Below are positions 32,233 to 44,617 of a stretch of 55,114 nt of DNA, one piece after another (positions within the stretch are counted from its first letter, which is position 1; every line of letters starts with the position of its first letter). Below the pieces are notes generated by a model. The model made no database searches. It worked only from the letters and a program-made list of their open reading frames with translations, and was not told the DNA's origin. The position numbers and the translations under genes are program-made. The DNA comes from Chiloscyllium plagiosum (taxonomy: Eukaryota). Location of the stretch: the NCBI RefSeq assembly GCF_004010195.1, contig NC_057711.1:74586933-74642046 (forward strand). The letters are read 5' to 3'.

Positions 32233-35049
32233 AATATGAATAGTAATATTCTAAAGGATATATATCAAAAGTCCATTCATTTTAGCAAGTTTCAACATTC
32301 TTCATAATTTAAATGAAATATGATTAAATTTCAGTATTCTCAGTTCCATTAGAAATAGTGCCACAATCCCAAATGTCATCTTACATTAAAATTTCTTATC
32401 CTAGATTAAGTTTTCTAATTTCTAGATTTCCAGTAAGTGGTTGGGAACTCAGGACAAATTCTGGGATTTAATCATGGACCCTAGCTGTAACACGCTCATG
32501 ATGAAATCTTAGTCTAATCAGAATATGCTGGATTGCTCAGGAGGTGTGCAATTGAAGGAGCGAAATGCCTCCAGGAGCTAAAGATGTCTGCCTGTTGCTC
32601 ATGGCAATGGCAGATGTCAGCCATGTTGGGAGCCTCCTTGCCAATTTAAGCACATAGCTTCTTGAGGTGAAACATGGCTATAATGACAATAGGCAAGACA
32701 GGTAGGTAAATTGTTCATGGTGGTAGTCATTAAGCTCAGTATGAAATTGAAAATTTATGTGAAGGATGTTATCAGAATTGTAAGGCAATCACATCAGCTT
32801 ACCCTCACAAAACTGTTCATGATCATTAGGAAAAATTTTCAAAATCTTATTCTGTTTCAGGTAAGACTCTTAAAGCTAGTTAAGGAGCTTAGGGATTTGT
32901 AATCAACAGCAAACATCTGCTCTGCTCCCTCCCTTCAATTGGCCGACAATTAAAAATCCAGAAGTGATCCTGACGCAATCTCCAGATTACAATTTTTAAT
33001 GTCCTCTTCACCAGGTCCCAACTCTGCAGCCCTTTGAAAACTCTGGCTCAGGTATCTGTAGAATAATGGGTTTAACATCAGAAGCTTATGTAATGAAAAT
33101 GTAGTAGTGATATCAGAGTCATGTGATTAAATAGAGTGAACTGAAATATCTAAAAATGCCTGAGGATGATGTGTGCTTAGATCAAGCAGTAAACAATTGG
33201 TTCTGGTGAAAAGTTTGATGGACTCCAGCAGCATTATTTTGGCATAGAGTCAGATCCTAACTGCACAACAAAATAGTATACCCCCTGATAAATCTATATT
33301 ATTGTTTGCAGCATACATTTTTATTTCTATAATGGGATATGAAAAACTGCACACACAATACTGTGACCTAAGAATTTTCATTATTCAATAAATTCAGAAT
33401 TACCTCTTTACAGATGGACACAATTCCTCCTATTTATTCCCCCAATATTAACTTTGTTAATGCATATTTGAACTTCCATGAAATTACACAATTGCACTCC
33501 TACACCCTTTGTGTTCTCCTACACCCTTTGATATTTTTCCAACTAGCTTACACGTCCATCCTTTTTTCATTTTATCCTTCAGTACGGTCGATTGATTTCT
33601 CTTATTCATATACATTACTATATTAAGCCTCATTTGTTACCTCTCTGTTCATTCTACCAATCAACACAGCCAATATTTTATGGTCTTGCTATTTAAAATA
33701 GAAAGGAATGTGACTACTTAAAATTTTTATATCTGAACACACAAAAATGATGCAAAAAAGATGACATTGATTCCGCACTTCCATTGTGCAGTGAGCCTCA
33801 GGAAGTGCATCTCTCAACCAGCAGCAGCCGTATTATCTCCTGTGATTAATTCTTCAAACCTATGCAATGATGGAAAATGAAGTGTTAGGAAATCCAGTAT
33901 AAAACTGAGTCTTCTGACAAATACCAAAGGAGCTGAGGACTTTAATCTCTGCTCCAAGGCTGATAAAAAATATATTTTACAATATATGAGGATTGATATG
34001 GCACCAAAGAGTAGCAAGGCATCACTCTTATAACAAGCTGAAGGCTTAAAAGGTAAAACCTAATGCTAGCTTCATAGGTATCTATGGTATTAATGTTGGC
34101 AAGTACAGTAATCCAGTGGTTAAATTGTTGCAAAAAATCCTGAGGTTTGAACTATTAATCCAGAAGATTTGAGATCAAATTCAAATTCCAGTTGTAACTG
34201 ACAGTTTTCGAATTTGAATTCAGTTTAAAAGAAAACTGGAAATGAAAAGTTAGTATTGTTCTTGGTATATTTGACCTTTAAAAGAGTTAATCTTTAATAC
34301 TCCTTGTGTTGCATGTATAACCTACTGCAACTCTACCTGGCTGTTAATCTGCTTTGAGTTTGCGAGGTGCACATCACAGAAATCAGTTGTTTTGTCATGG
34401 TAGTTGTTTCATAACTTATAATGTCAATTCTTATAATTATTAACTTATAATGTCAATTCCTCATGAGCATTGATTATTAGACAATTATCATAAACATGAT
34501 GTTTATCACAAAGCTACCAGACTGTTATAAAAACTGAACTAGCCAGATTTTTGTTTTAAAACAACAATCTCACAGCACCTAATCACATATGAATGACTCC
34601 AAAATGGGTAAATTTGACACCTCTCAGCATAATCTTCACTTTGCCTGCTTCTTTGATGCTCCAGTGAATTGAAGTTTTAAGTTGTGCCCTCACCAAAGCA
34701 TTATGCAGTATGGCTACCTCAGCTTAGACTTGAAAAATCATTTTTTATCTCATTACACTATTGAGGAAAACCTCAATACTTTTTCCTCTGCTAAAGATGC
34801 CATATAATTGCAAGCCTTTGATAAGGTTCATTGATAACATCAGCAACAATTTTAAAACAATAATAAATAAAGCCCTTCTATTTGTAGATAAAACTCAAAT
34901 TTATGAATCCCTTCGTCATTTTATCCGATAACTGGCAATATTTAAAATCTGGGTTTGAGACACTCCGCCTTTATGACCAACCAACTATCATATTCTGTGA
35001 TATGTTTCATTTTATTTATGTTTTGCTTTATTTATGATATATTGATTGT

Positions 35050-35503
35050 ATAGGAGTGTCCCCAATTTATGAATGTCTCATTCATGAACGCTCGTACTTG
35101 TGAATGTAATCCCGTGCAAGGGTGCATTAGTAATAATTTTAAAGATCCAACATAATAATATTTCCTCATACTTGTGAACAGCCATTTATATCATTCTGCA
35201 TTGTGTTCCGACTTGCTTACAAAGAACTGAGTTTAGATCAGGGTGGTGCTGGAAAAGCACAACAGGTCAGGCAGCATCCGAGGAGCAGGAAAGTCAAGAT
35301 TTCAGGCAAAAGCCCTTCATCAGAAAGCCCCTAATGAAGGACTTTTGCCCGAAACGTCGATTTTCCTGCTCCTCGGATGCTGCCTGACCTGCTGTGCTTT
35401 TCCAGCACCACTCTGATCTAAACTCTGGTTTCCAGCATCTGCAGTCCTCACTGTTGCCCTTACAAAGAACTGAACCTGTTCGCAACCCAGGGGCTGCTTG
35501 TAT
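35050..35503. mobile_element. Tigger/pogo-like MITE interrupted by a PLE hairpin
   Basis: Degenerate TIRs taggagtgtccccaatttatgaa / gttcgcaacccaggggctgcttg with TA flanks. Confidence 0.45.
35231..35458. mobile_element. PLE family B fold-back insertion with 15-bp TSD
   Basis: Inverted arms; TSD cttacaaagaactga at 35216-35230 and 35459-35473. Confidence 0.9.
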
Positions 35504-36417
35504 AGGTTAATCAACTATTCAGAACAAATTAGAAGATCAGAAATCAAAAACACAGTAACAAAGAGCTTAACGCTATCTGCTTCATAGGAAGAAGATGGTC
35601 AACAGGAGGTGGTTTGCCTGCCAACATTTCTGAGAAAGAGACAAGATTGCCTGCCTAAGGCCAACAGTATCTTCCTTTAAATATGTATAATGAAGATGCA
35701 CATGCAATTTTAATTCTGGCATGAAGAGGCCAACCATTGTGGCTTTCTTGCCTGGTTAACACACTGCAGAAGAAAACTAATCTAACCAAAGCCCAGACCA
35801 TTAATTATTTCTTATAAAAATAAAAAAAAGCTGAAAACATTTCTCAAATCCTCCCTTTGTATAATGTTGAAGTTTGGATGTAAAACGTTCCAACTTGACA
35901 TTAACACTACTGAAAAACTTTCCCCTCTTATCTATATAAAGATATATTGAGATCTATGTATTAATGTGTACATAACAACAATGAATTGCATGAGTTACTG
36001 CAATGGAGATAAGACTCAAACAACTTGATCTTTTCATTCATTTAATTATTTAACTTTATGCAATATATTTGCATTCTAAAACTATGCTTATTTCATACAC
36101 AAAAAACATTTATTGTGACACACTTTAAAAGCAATATGTAGTTTTGATAAGAACACCATGAACAGTTAGACAAACTAGATCAGGTGGTCTGATGGGTTCA
36201 CTAACTTGTTCAGGTGTGTTATGACATACGTATAGAGTAAGTTAAGATTTGAAGCATGACCTTATGACCTGGAGGTAGGGACAATACCACTGAACTACAA
36301 GATCCTTACTAAGCCTACTGCACTTGATATTCCAAGCCAGTCTCCAATCCTTGTCGTAACCAAACCTGAATCTGCTTGGTTTCAAAAATCAGACAAGATT
36401 GAATGTTTTCAGACTAG

Positions 36418-36589
36418 GAGAAAGTGAGGACTGTAGATGCTGGAGATCAGAGTCGAAATGTGTGCTGCTGGAAAAGCACAACTGATCAGGCAGCATCCGA
36501 GGAGCAGGAGAGACGACATTTCAGGCATAACGCCCTTCATCCTGATGCTGCCTGACTTGCCGTGCTTTTCCAGCACTACACTTTCCGAC
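36418..36589. mobile_element. PLE family B fold-back insertion with 14-bp TSD
   Basis: tgttttcagactag 36404-36417 / tgttttcagaatag 36590-36603. Confidence 0.85.
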
Positions 36590-38666
36590 TGTTTTCAGAA
36601 TAGAATGGCCATAGGCAAAAGTCTGGAATGGAATACCTTGGCATGATTGATGCTTATGATGATGCTGTGGTAACGAAGATCCTATTTAATTCTATTGGGA
36701 TAGGGGGTCAAATCCCACCATGGTAGCAAATGGAATTTAAATGTAGTTAACAAATTTGGAATTTAAAAAGTAAAAATACTATGAAAAATATACCCAGTTC
36801 TGTAATGTTCTTTAGGAAAGGAAGTCTGCCATCCTTACCTGGTCTGGCTTACCTGTCAATGCAGGTTCACTGAAATGTATTTGAATCTTAACTGCCCTCT
36901 GGATGAATTCAAGAGCAATTAGGAATGTGCAATAAGTGCTAACAGTGCCAAAATGTCCATCTCCTATAAAGAAACCTCATAAACGCTGAGTTAATGCATC
37001 GATAAATTAATAAAACTTTATTAATCAGATATGTCTTCATCTCAAACGTCTGTATTAGGTGAAAGCTAAACAGCATCGTAAGCCTAACATCCTCAAATAT
37101 ATGTACACTGTCAGAAAACAACCATCCTCAGCTCTGATTCCATTAAATATCACTAGCAATTAAAAGGGATATAAAGCCCAATATTATAGTTTTAATGCAT
37201 CAGGGATACCCTGGAGTCAATTTAAAATAGTTATGACACAATCTGTGGTTTTATTTGATTTTCATAACTTCTTAATCTTTCTTGTCTTCAAGGTTAATCT
37301 AATTATATTGCTGGCTTTGTTACAGCCTGAAATATTAAGCATTTGAGAAATTATGCTGAAGAGTAGTTCTCTATTATTTTAACGCGATTAATTTTTATGA
37401 TATTGAATTCTGTGAGAAAAAAAAGTGTTTGCATTCTAAATATGGTTTCTCAGCTGTTGTGCATTTCAGTGACCTAACATGGCCTTGTACCTTCAATCTG
37501 GAGTCTGATTCATTAATTATACATTAACACGCTCGAAGCATTGAATATAAGCTTCCAATGTGTAAATAGGTTGATCAAGCAAACTGGAAATGGATGATGC
37601 ATTATCTCACTTTAATAATAACATAATTGTTTTTTTTTCCAAATTAGGTCTCTGTGAGCTGTCAAATGAAGTTTATTTATATTTTAAAAATTACATTTTT
37701 ACTGGTTGTTGCATTGAAAATGTATAACCTAAAAGTAATCCATCATTTACTAACGTAATTAATCATTTATTACCAACTTCAGTTGAATTATCACACAGGA
37801 TGAACAGTTATCCAATAAACTATAATGTTAGAAAATGACATGTTATATTTTGGAAAGCTCCATCTATTTATAAGTTTTACAACATGTTATTTATATTGAC
37901 TTCTTATTATCATAACTCCCTTTGTCGACTAAAAAAAGCACTAACAACATTTAATTTTAATATGATCTATCTCAGAACTAATTTGCCAACATAAGCACTT
38001 CGAACTTAATCATAGATGTTGCAATGGCAAAAATTATAATGATTTAGATTGTTTTACCCATTTGTAGGTGCTATAAGCATATGAATTTAACTGTGAGAAG
38101 GAAATGACTATAATTAAATGAGAATATGGAACAGTTATGTCTGATTTAGTCTGGTTGCTGTCCATTTAGACAAAGTATTGTCTGGGATTTTAAACAGCCT
38201 CTTTCTTTGCATGAATGTTGCTTGCTCTTCTGCTTTCCTTGGCATACTTGAGAAATGCATAAATTTCACGTATATGCAAGTGTTTTAATTTTTAATTAAT
38301 TCTCTCTACAGTTGCTTCCAGACCTATTGAGTTTCTTCAGCATTCACTGTGCTAATTTTAGATTTCCAGCATCCACAGCTTTTGCTTTTATTATTTTGCT
38401 GTTAAACTTTTTTAATTTGTTTAGTTATGAACATGATCATTTCAGGCATATTCATGTTTTGTTTTATATAATGGGGAAGCTATAATTTCCTAAAAATCTT
38501 GGATATAAGGAAAGATTGGCAAATAGAATTTTTAGCTAAACAGAAAAAAAGGAGCAATTATGCAGGAGGTATTTGTAAATGGAGCAGTGTATTTCTATGG
38601 AGTAGTGAGTGAATCCATCCTCTTATTAATTACAGCATCTTTTGATGTCAATCTCGAATAGTAAAG

Positions 38667-38775
38667 TTAACAATCACACAACACCAGGTTACAGTCCAAC
38701 TATAACCTAATGTTGTATGACTTTTAACTTTGTCCACCCCAGTCCAATGCCAGCACCTCCAAATCATGACTACCA
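38667..38775. mobile_element. PLE-like family D mini fold-back with 13-bp TSD
   Basis: tcgaatagtaaag at 38654-38666 and 38776-38788. Confidence 0.75.
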
Positions 38776-39469
38776 TCGAATAGTAAAGAGAGCAGAATTT
38801 GTTGGCAGCAGCTTAAATCATTACTCAGATATTATGGAAGGCATCTATTCACAAGCTGGCAATTCCATCACAGGAATCTTATTTTGACTACTGAATGTTG
38901 TTCTCAGAATTTTATATCTCCTCCTAGGGTCTTTTTGGAAAATATATCACCTTCAACTTGATTATTTATAGTCCTTTTCCACTGGAAGAACAGAATTGCC
39001 AAAGGTCAGCACTGCCTTAAACTCTTTTACATCTGGATCCTTCCAGGAAACTGCAGGCAATCTGCACCAAATTAGTTATTTTCTCTCTGACTCACTCCTG
39101 CGTTTTACTTTCAAACATTATATTGAAATTGATCATATTATGATTGTTTTTAGACAAATGCATTGATGGTGGGACTAGAAGACAAGTCTAAAGAACAACT
39201 TGGAAACTTTGCAATGAAAATTCATGGATTGCTTTGCCTCCTCCATCATGGAGCATTTATAATTATATATGTACTAATATTGCTATATTGGGGACTGGTT
39301 AGCTTAGCTGGCTGGAAGGCTGGTTCAAAACATAGAGTGAAGCCAACAGCATAGCTTCAATGCCCACACCCAGTTGACATTAACATTAAAGACTTGTCTT
39401 CTCAACTTCTCCCCTCATTTGAGGTGTGATGATCCTCAAGTTAAACAACCACCAGTTCTCTCTCTCTAA

Positions 39470-40822
39470 AAACCTGGGAACTATAGACTAGGAGGCTTAA
39501 CATCTGTGACAGGTAAGTTACTTGAGGAGATTCTGAGACGTAAGATATACATGCATTTGGAAAGATAGGGCTTGACTCAGAGTAGTCAGAATGACTTTGT
39601 GGGTGGGAGATCATGCCTCACAAATTTAGCAGAATTCTTTGATTAAGTGACCAGGAATGTTGATGAGGGCAGGGCAGTAGAGGTAATCTATATGGATTTC
39701 AGTAAGGCCTTTGATAAGGTTCCACATGGTAGGCTGCTTCAGAAGGTTAGATCGCAGGGAATCCAGGGGTAGCTGGCAAATTGGATACACAATTGGCTTG
39801 ACTGTAGGAAGCAGAGGGTAATAGTGGAAGGCAGCTTGTCAAACTGGAGTGGTGTATCACAGGGCCCATTGCTGTTTGTTATCTATATCAATGATTTGGA
39901 TGAGAATTTCCAAGCCATTTAGTAAGTTTGCAGATGACACTAAAATAGGTGGTATTGTGGATAGTGAGGAAGTTATCAGAAATTGCAGCAGGATCTTGTT
40001 CAGCTGGGGAAGTGGGCCAAGAAATGGCAAATGGAGTTTAATATAGATGAGTGTGAGATGTTGCATTTTGGAAAGTCAAATTAAGGTAGGAGTTTCATGG
40101 TGAGTGGTAAGGCCTTAAGGAGTGTAGTGGAATAGAGGGACCTTGAAGTTCAAGTGCACAGTCCTTTGAAAGTGGAGTCACAGGTAGACAAGGCTTTTGG
40201 CACACTGGCCTTCATTGGTCAGGGTATTGAGTATAGAAGTTGGGAAGTTATGTTGCAATTGTACAGGATATTGATGAGGCCACACTTGGAGTATTGTGTT
40301 CAGTTTTTGTTATCTTGCTATTAAACTGGAAAGAGTGCAGAAGAAAGTTACAAGGATGTCGCCAGGATTCAACAGTCTGAGTTATAGGGAAAGGATGGAC
40401 AAGCTAGGACTTCTTTCTTCAGAGTGTAAGAGACTGAGGGAATTTCTTATAGAAATGTATAAGATCATGAGAGGTATGGATAGAGTGAATACATTTAGTA
40501 TTTTCCCCAGGATTGGGGAATTGAGGATTAGAGGGCATCAGTTTCAGGTTAGAGGGGAAAGAATAAATAGGAACCAGAGGGGCAACGTTTTTTGCACAGA
40601 GCATGATACACATATGGAATGAGCTGTCGGTGGAAGTGATTGAGGCGTGTACATTAACAACATTTAAAAGGCATTTGGACAAATGTATGGATAGGAAAGG
40701 TTTAGAAGAATATAGGCCAAGTGCAGAAATGGGGTTAGTGTGGATGGACAGTTTGGTCGGCATGGACCAGTTTGGGCCAAAGATACTGTCTCAGTGCTGT
40801 AGGACTCTATGACTCTATGACT
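39470..40822 (+). mobile_element. CR1 3' fragment inserted into an older SINE
   Basis: PGNYR, DFSKAFDKV, FADDTK; (ctctatga)n tail; the SINE resumes with ctctaatgagagagcag. Confidence 0.9.
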
Positions 40823-41574
40823 CTCTAATGAGAGAGCAGTCTTATGATCTAATAAGACTATAGTATCTTATTTTTACTCAGCCAGGGAGATTGTAAGCAG
40901 CAGGACAGGGTATATATCATAAGTTGGTTCACTGAGTATTATAGAGAAGGGGTTGAGAAGCTTTGGGTAGCTTTGCTGCCAGCAATCCTTCTTCATAATA
41001 TTTGTCCCAGTTATTGATATCATCTAAGGGAAGATGCCCAGACAAAGTCTTCAACAAAAATCTTTGACTCACTTAATGAACAGTAAATAAGTTTATTACA
41101 TAACATTTAGTAACTAATTACATCACAGACACAATACATGATGGTCTCTGTGAGACAAAGGGTCAATTTAAGAGTGAGTTCACATTAATGTCACTGAAAG
41201 ACAGCATTGATTACAAGAACAGAACAGATTAACTCTTGCCCAGAACAATATTTTATCTCCCAATAAATGGAATTTATCTTGTAATGTCAAGATAAATGTC
41301 TTGTGATTAACCTTTTCAAGTAACTTGCTGTCTGATACAATGTAAAGTAAAAAGAGATTGGAGGAACTAAAAGTAAACAGTTTAAGATTGCTTCCACCAG
41401 TGAGTGAAATAGCAATATGGTCTAATTTATCAATAGAAGGCTGAAGGGGTATGTTAGAAAAAGGTTCTAAAAATCTGCAAATTTATTAAATACGGACTGT
41501 GATACAATAAGAGATATTATGGCAAAGATTGACTCACAATTTCCAAAACTGTATTTAAAGGTTAGAAATTATTA

Positions 41575-41865
41575 AATTCCCTAAAGTATGGAAACAGGCT
41601 CTTTGGCCCAACCATCCCACACTGACCCTCCAAAGAGTAACCCACCCAGACCTATTTTCCTCTGACTAATGCACCTACTACTATGGGCAAATTAGCATGG
41701 CCAATTCACCTGACCTCCACATCTTTGGACTGTGGGAGGAAACCCACGTAGACATGGAGAGAATGTGCAAACTCCACACAGACAGTTGCCCGAGACTGGA
41801 ATTGAACCTGGGACCCTGATGCTGTGATGTAATGATGCTAACCACTGAGCCACTATGCCACCCTC
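41575..41865 (-). mobile_element. HE1-like SINE
   Basis: Head, V-domain and tail present in reverse orientation. Confidence 0.85.
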
Positions 41866-43328
41866 ATAAAGCACAAGAAGATATGAAACATCAGGTTGAA
41901 TAACATGTTATGAATAATTCTTATATGTGCATGGCTGGTTTTAAATAAGATGCCAGTGTTAATTGTGGATTTGTCGATTGTTTATGAATTATTTCTTAAT
42001 CATACATATTCTCTTAATGTGAGAACAGATTGTTGGCTTGTGGAGTTGACGGAGAATTGTTTACTTGAACAGCTGCCCTTTCTGTTTTAAAGACTTGATG
42101 TGGTTTTTTTGATGGTGAATCACAATTTTGGTCTGAATTGGGAATCTGCTTCCTTATGTGTTGATCTTAATGGAAAAGACTTACACAGCGACTTTGAGAT
42201 TGTCTTGAGATGTTTAATTTGGGCTCACTGGAAAAGCTCCAAGTAAAGCATTTCTTTGGCCAGTCTAGAATTGGACATTTTGAAAAATTGCCTATCTCAA
42301 CTAATGGGAGATTATCATGACCTTATATTGGCACAAATGAATCTTGGAAGATGTCCCTATCTGTACTCCCAGTTAGTTTTCAAGATCGTTGAAAGGTATA
42401 GCAATAACCAAAGGTGATTTCAAAATGCATACAAACTGGATTAATCAAATTGACAAGGACATCCCAGAGACAGAATTTATTGAATATACTAGAAATTGTT
42501 TCGTTGAGCAATATGTTGTAGAACCAACCAGGGAGCAGGCGATTCTGGACTTAGTACTGTGTAATGTGATGTGCTAATTAACACTCTCATAGTGAAGGAT
42601 CCTATGGGAAAGACTGATCATAGCATGCTATAATTTCACATTCAGTATGAAGGTGAGAAACTTGAGTTTCACACTAGCATTCTGGAGTTAAACTAAGGTT
42701 ATAACAAATCCATGAAGATAGATTTGGCCATAGTAGACTGGGTTGGAAAACTAAAAGGTAGGACAGTTGATGAGCAATGGCATATATTTAAGAAGACATT
42801 AAACTCTTCCCAACTGAAATATTTTCCAGAGATGAAGAAAGATTTGCAAAAGGAAGACAAAACATCAGTGGGTAAGCAAGGAATTTAAAGATAATGTGAA
42901 GGCAAAAACTAAGGCATATCATATGATGAAGGGTAGTCGTAGGCTAGGAGATTGGAAAACTTTAAAAGATAAACAAAAGGTTCCTAAAAAAAAGAGCAAA
43001 GGTAAATTATAAAAGAAAGCTAGTGCAAAATATAAGAACTAGTAGCAAAAGCTTCAATAAGTAAAAGGAAAGAGTGTGGATAAAATGAATGATGGTCCCT
43101 TGAAAGATGAGATGAGGGAGTTAATAATGGGAAATTCAGAAATGGTGGAGACATGAAATCAATATTTTGCCTCAGTTTTTACTGTGGAGAATATTAGTAT
43201 CATCCAAATAGTACCAGGTAATGTAGAAGCTATAGAAAAGGAGGAACTTAAAACTATTATGATCACCAGGACAAAAATATTGAACAAACAATTGGAATTG
43301 AAGGTAGACAGGTCCCTGGGATCTAATG

Positions 43329-43535
43329 CTGAAAATGTGTTGCTGGAACAGCGCAGCAGGTCAGACAGCATCCAGGGAACAGGAGAATCGACGTTTCGGG
43401 CATAAGCCCTTCTTCAGGAAGGCTTATGCCCGAAACGTCGATTTTCCTGTTCCCTGGATGCTGTCTGACCTGCTGCGCTGTTCCAGCAACACATTTTCAG
43501 CTCTGATCTCCAGCATCTGCAGACCTCACTTTCTC
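43329..43535. mobile_element. PLE family B near-perfect fold-back with 15-bp TSD
   Basis: TSD ccctgggatctaatg at 43314-43328 and 43536-43550. Confidence 0.9.
43386..43420 (-). ncRNA. Minimal hammerhead ribozyme motif (family B)
   Basis: Minus strand: UUC-CUGAAGA-A-GGGC-UUAU-GCCC-GAAAC-GUC-GAUU. Confidence 0.7.
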
Positions 43536-44134
43536 CCCTGGGATCTAATGGCGTACATCTTAGGATCTTAAAGTAAGTCACAGTGGAGGTAATGGATCAA
43601 TTGGTATAATATTCCAAAAATCCCTGGATGCAGGAAGTATTCCATTGGGTTAGAAAGTTCTAATGCAACACTTTTATTCAAAAAGGGAGGGTGGCAGACA
43701 ATAGAAGAAAATAGATGAGGTAGTTTAACTTCTGCCCTTGAGAAATTGTTAGAATCCATTATTACAGAAGTAATAACAGGACATTTGGAAATTCAAAATG
43801 GGATCCATCAGAGTCAATGTGGTTTTAGGAAGGAAATTGACTAATTTGCTATAGTTCTTTGAAAATGTAAGTGGATAATGGGGATCCTGTAGATGTAGTA
43901 TATCTGGATCTTCAGAAGGCATTTGTGACACAAATGTTTAATACACAGGGTAAGATCACATGAGATTAGGAGATGTTTATTAGCTCAGATAGAAGATTGG
44001 CTAACTATCAGAAAGGAGAGAGTCAGGAAAAAATAGATCACTTCTGGCTTTTTTTTGATATAGAAAATGGCAAGATTAACTAGTGGAGTTTCACAGGGCT
44101 TGATCCTCGTGACTCTACTACTTAATCCATATAC

Positions 44135-44617
44135 AGTCATAGAGTTATAGAGATATGCAGTACGGAAACAGACACTTCGGTCCAACTCGTCCATGCCGAA
44201 CAGATATCTCAACCCAATCTAGTACCACCTGCCAGCACTTGGCCCATATCCCTCCAAACCCTTCCTATTCATATACCCATCCAGATGCCTTTTAAATGTT
44301 GCAATTATACCAACCTCCACCCCTTCTTCTGGCAGCTCATTCCATTCATGTACCACCCTTTATGTGAAAACGTTGCCCCTTAGGTCTCTTTTCTGTCTTT
44401 CCTCTCTCACCCTAAACCTATGCCCTCTAGTTCTGGACTCCCCCACCCCAGGGAAAAGACTTTGTCTATTTATCCTATCCATACCCCTTATGATTTCATA
44501 AACCTCTATAAGGTCACCTTTCAGCCTCCGAGATTCCAGGAAAAACAGCCCTAGCCTATTCAGCCTCTCTGCATTGCTCAAATCCTCCAACCCTGGCAAC
44601 ATCCTTGTAAATCTTTT
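44135..44617 (-). mobile_element. CR1 3' fragment nested in the opposite-strand CR1
   Basis: MLPGLEDLS...GDLIEVY...TRGHRFRVR; tail reversed at 44135. Confidence 0.9.

Noticed and set aside
34412..34460. Short local duplications (also 14322-14360, 17500-17550)
   Set aside because: Ordinary ~20-bp slippage duplications.
35295..35365. Active hammerheads in the 35231, 48834, 52034 and 54836 copies
   Set aside because: Core or stem mutations (for example CUAAUGA, CUGCUGA, disrupted stem II or III) make activity unlikely.
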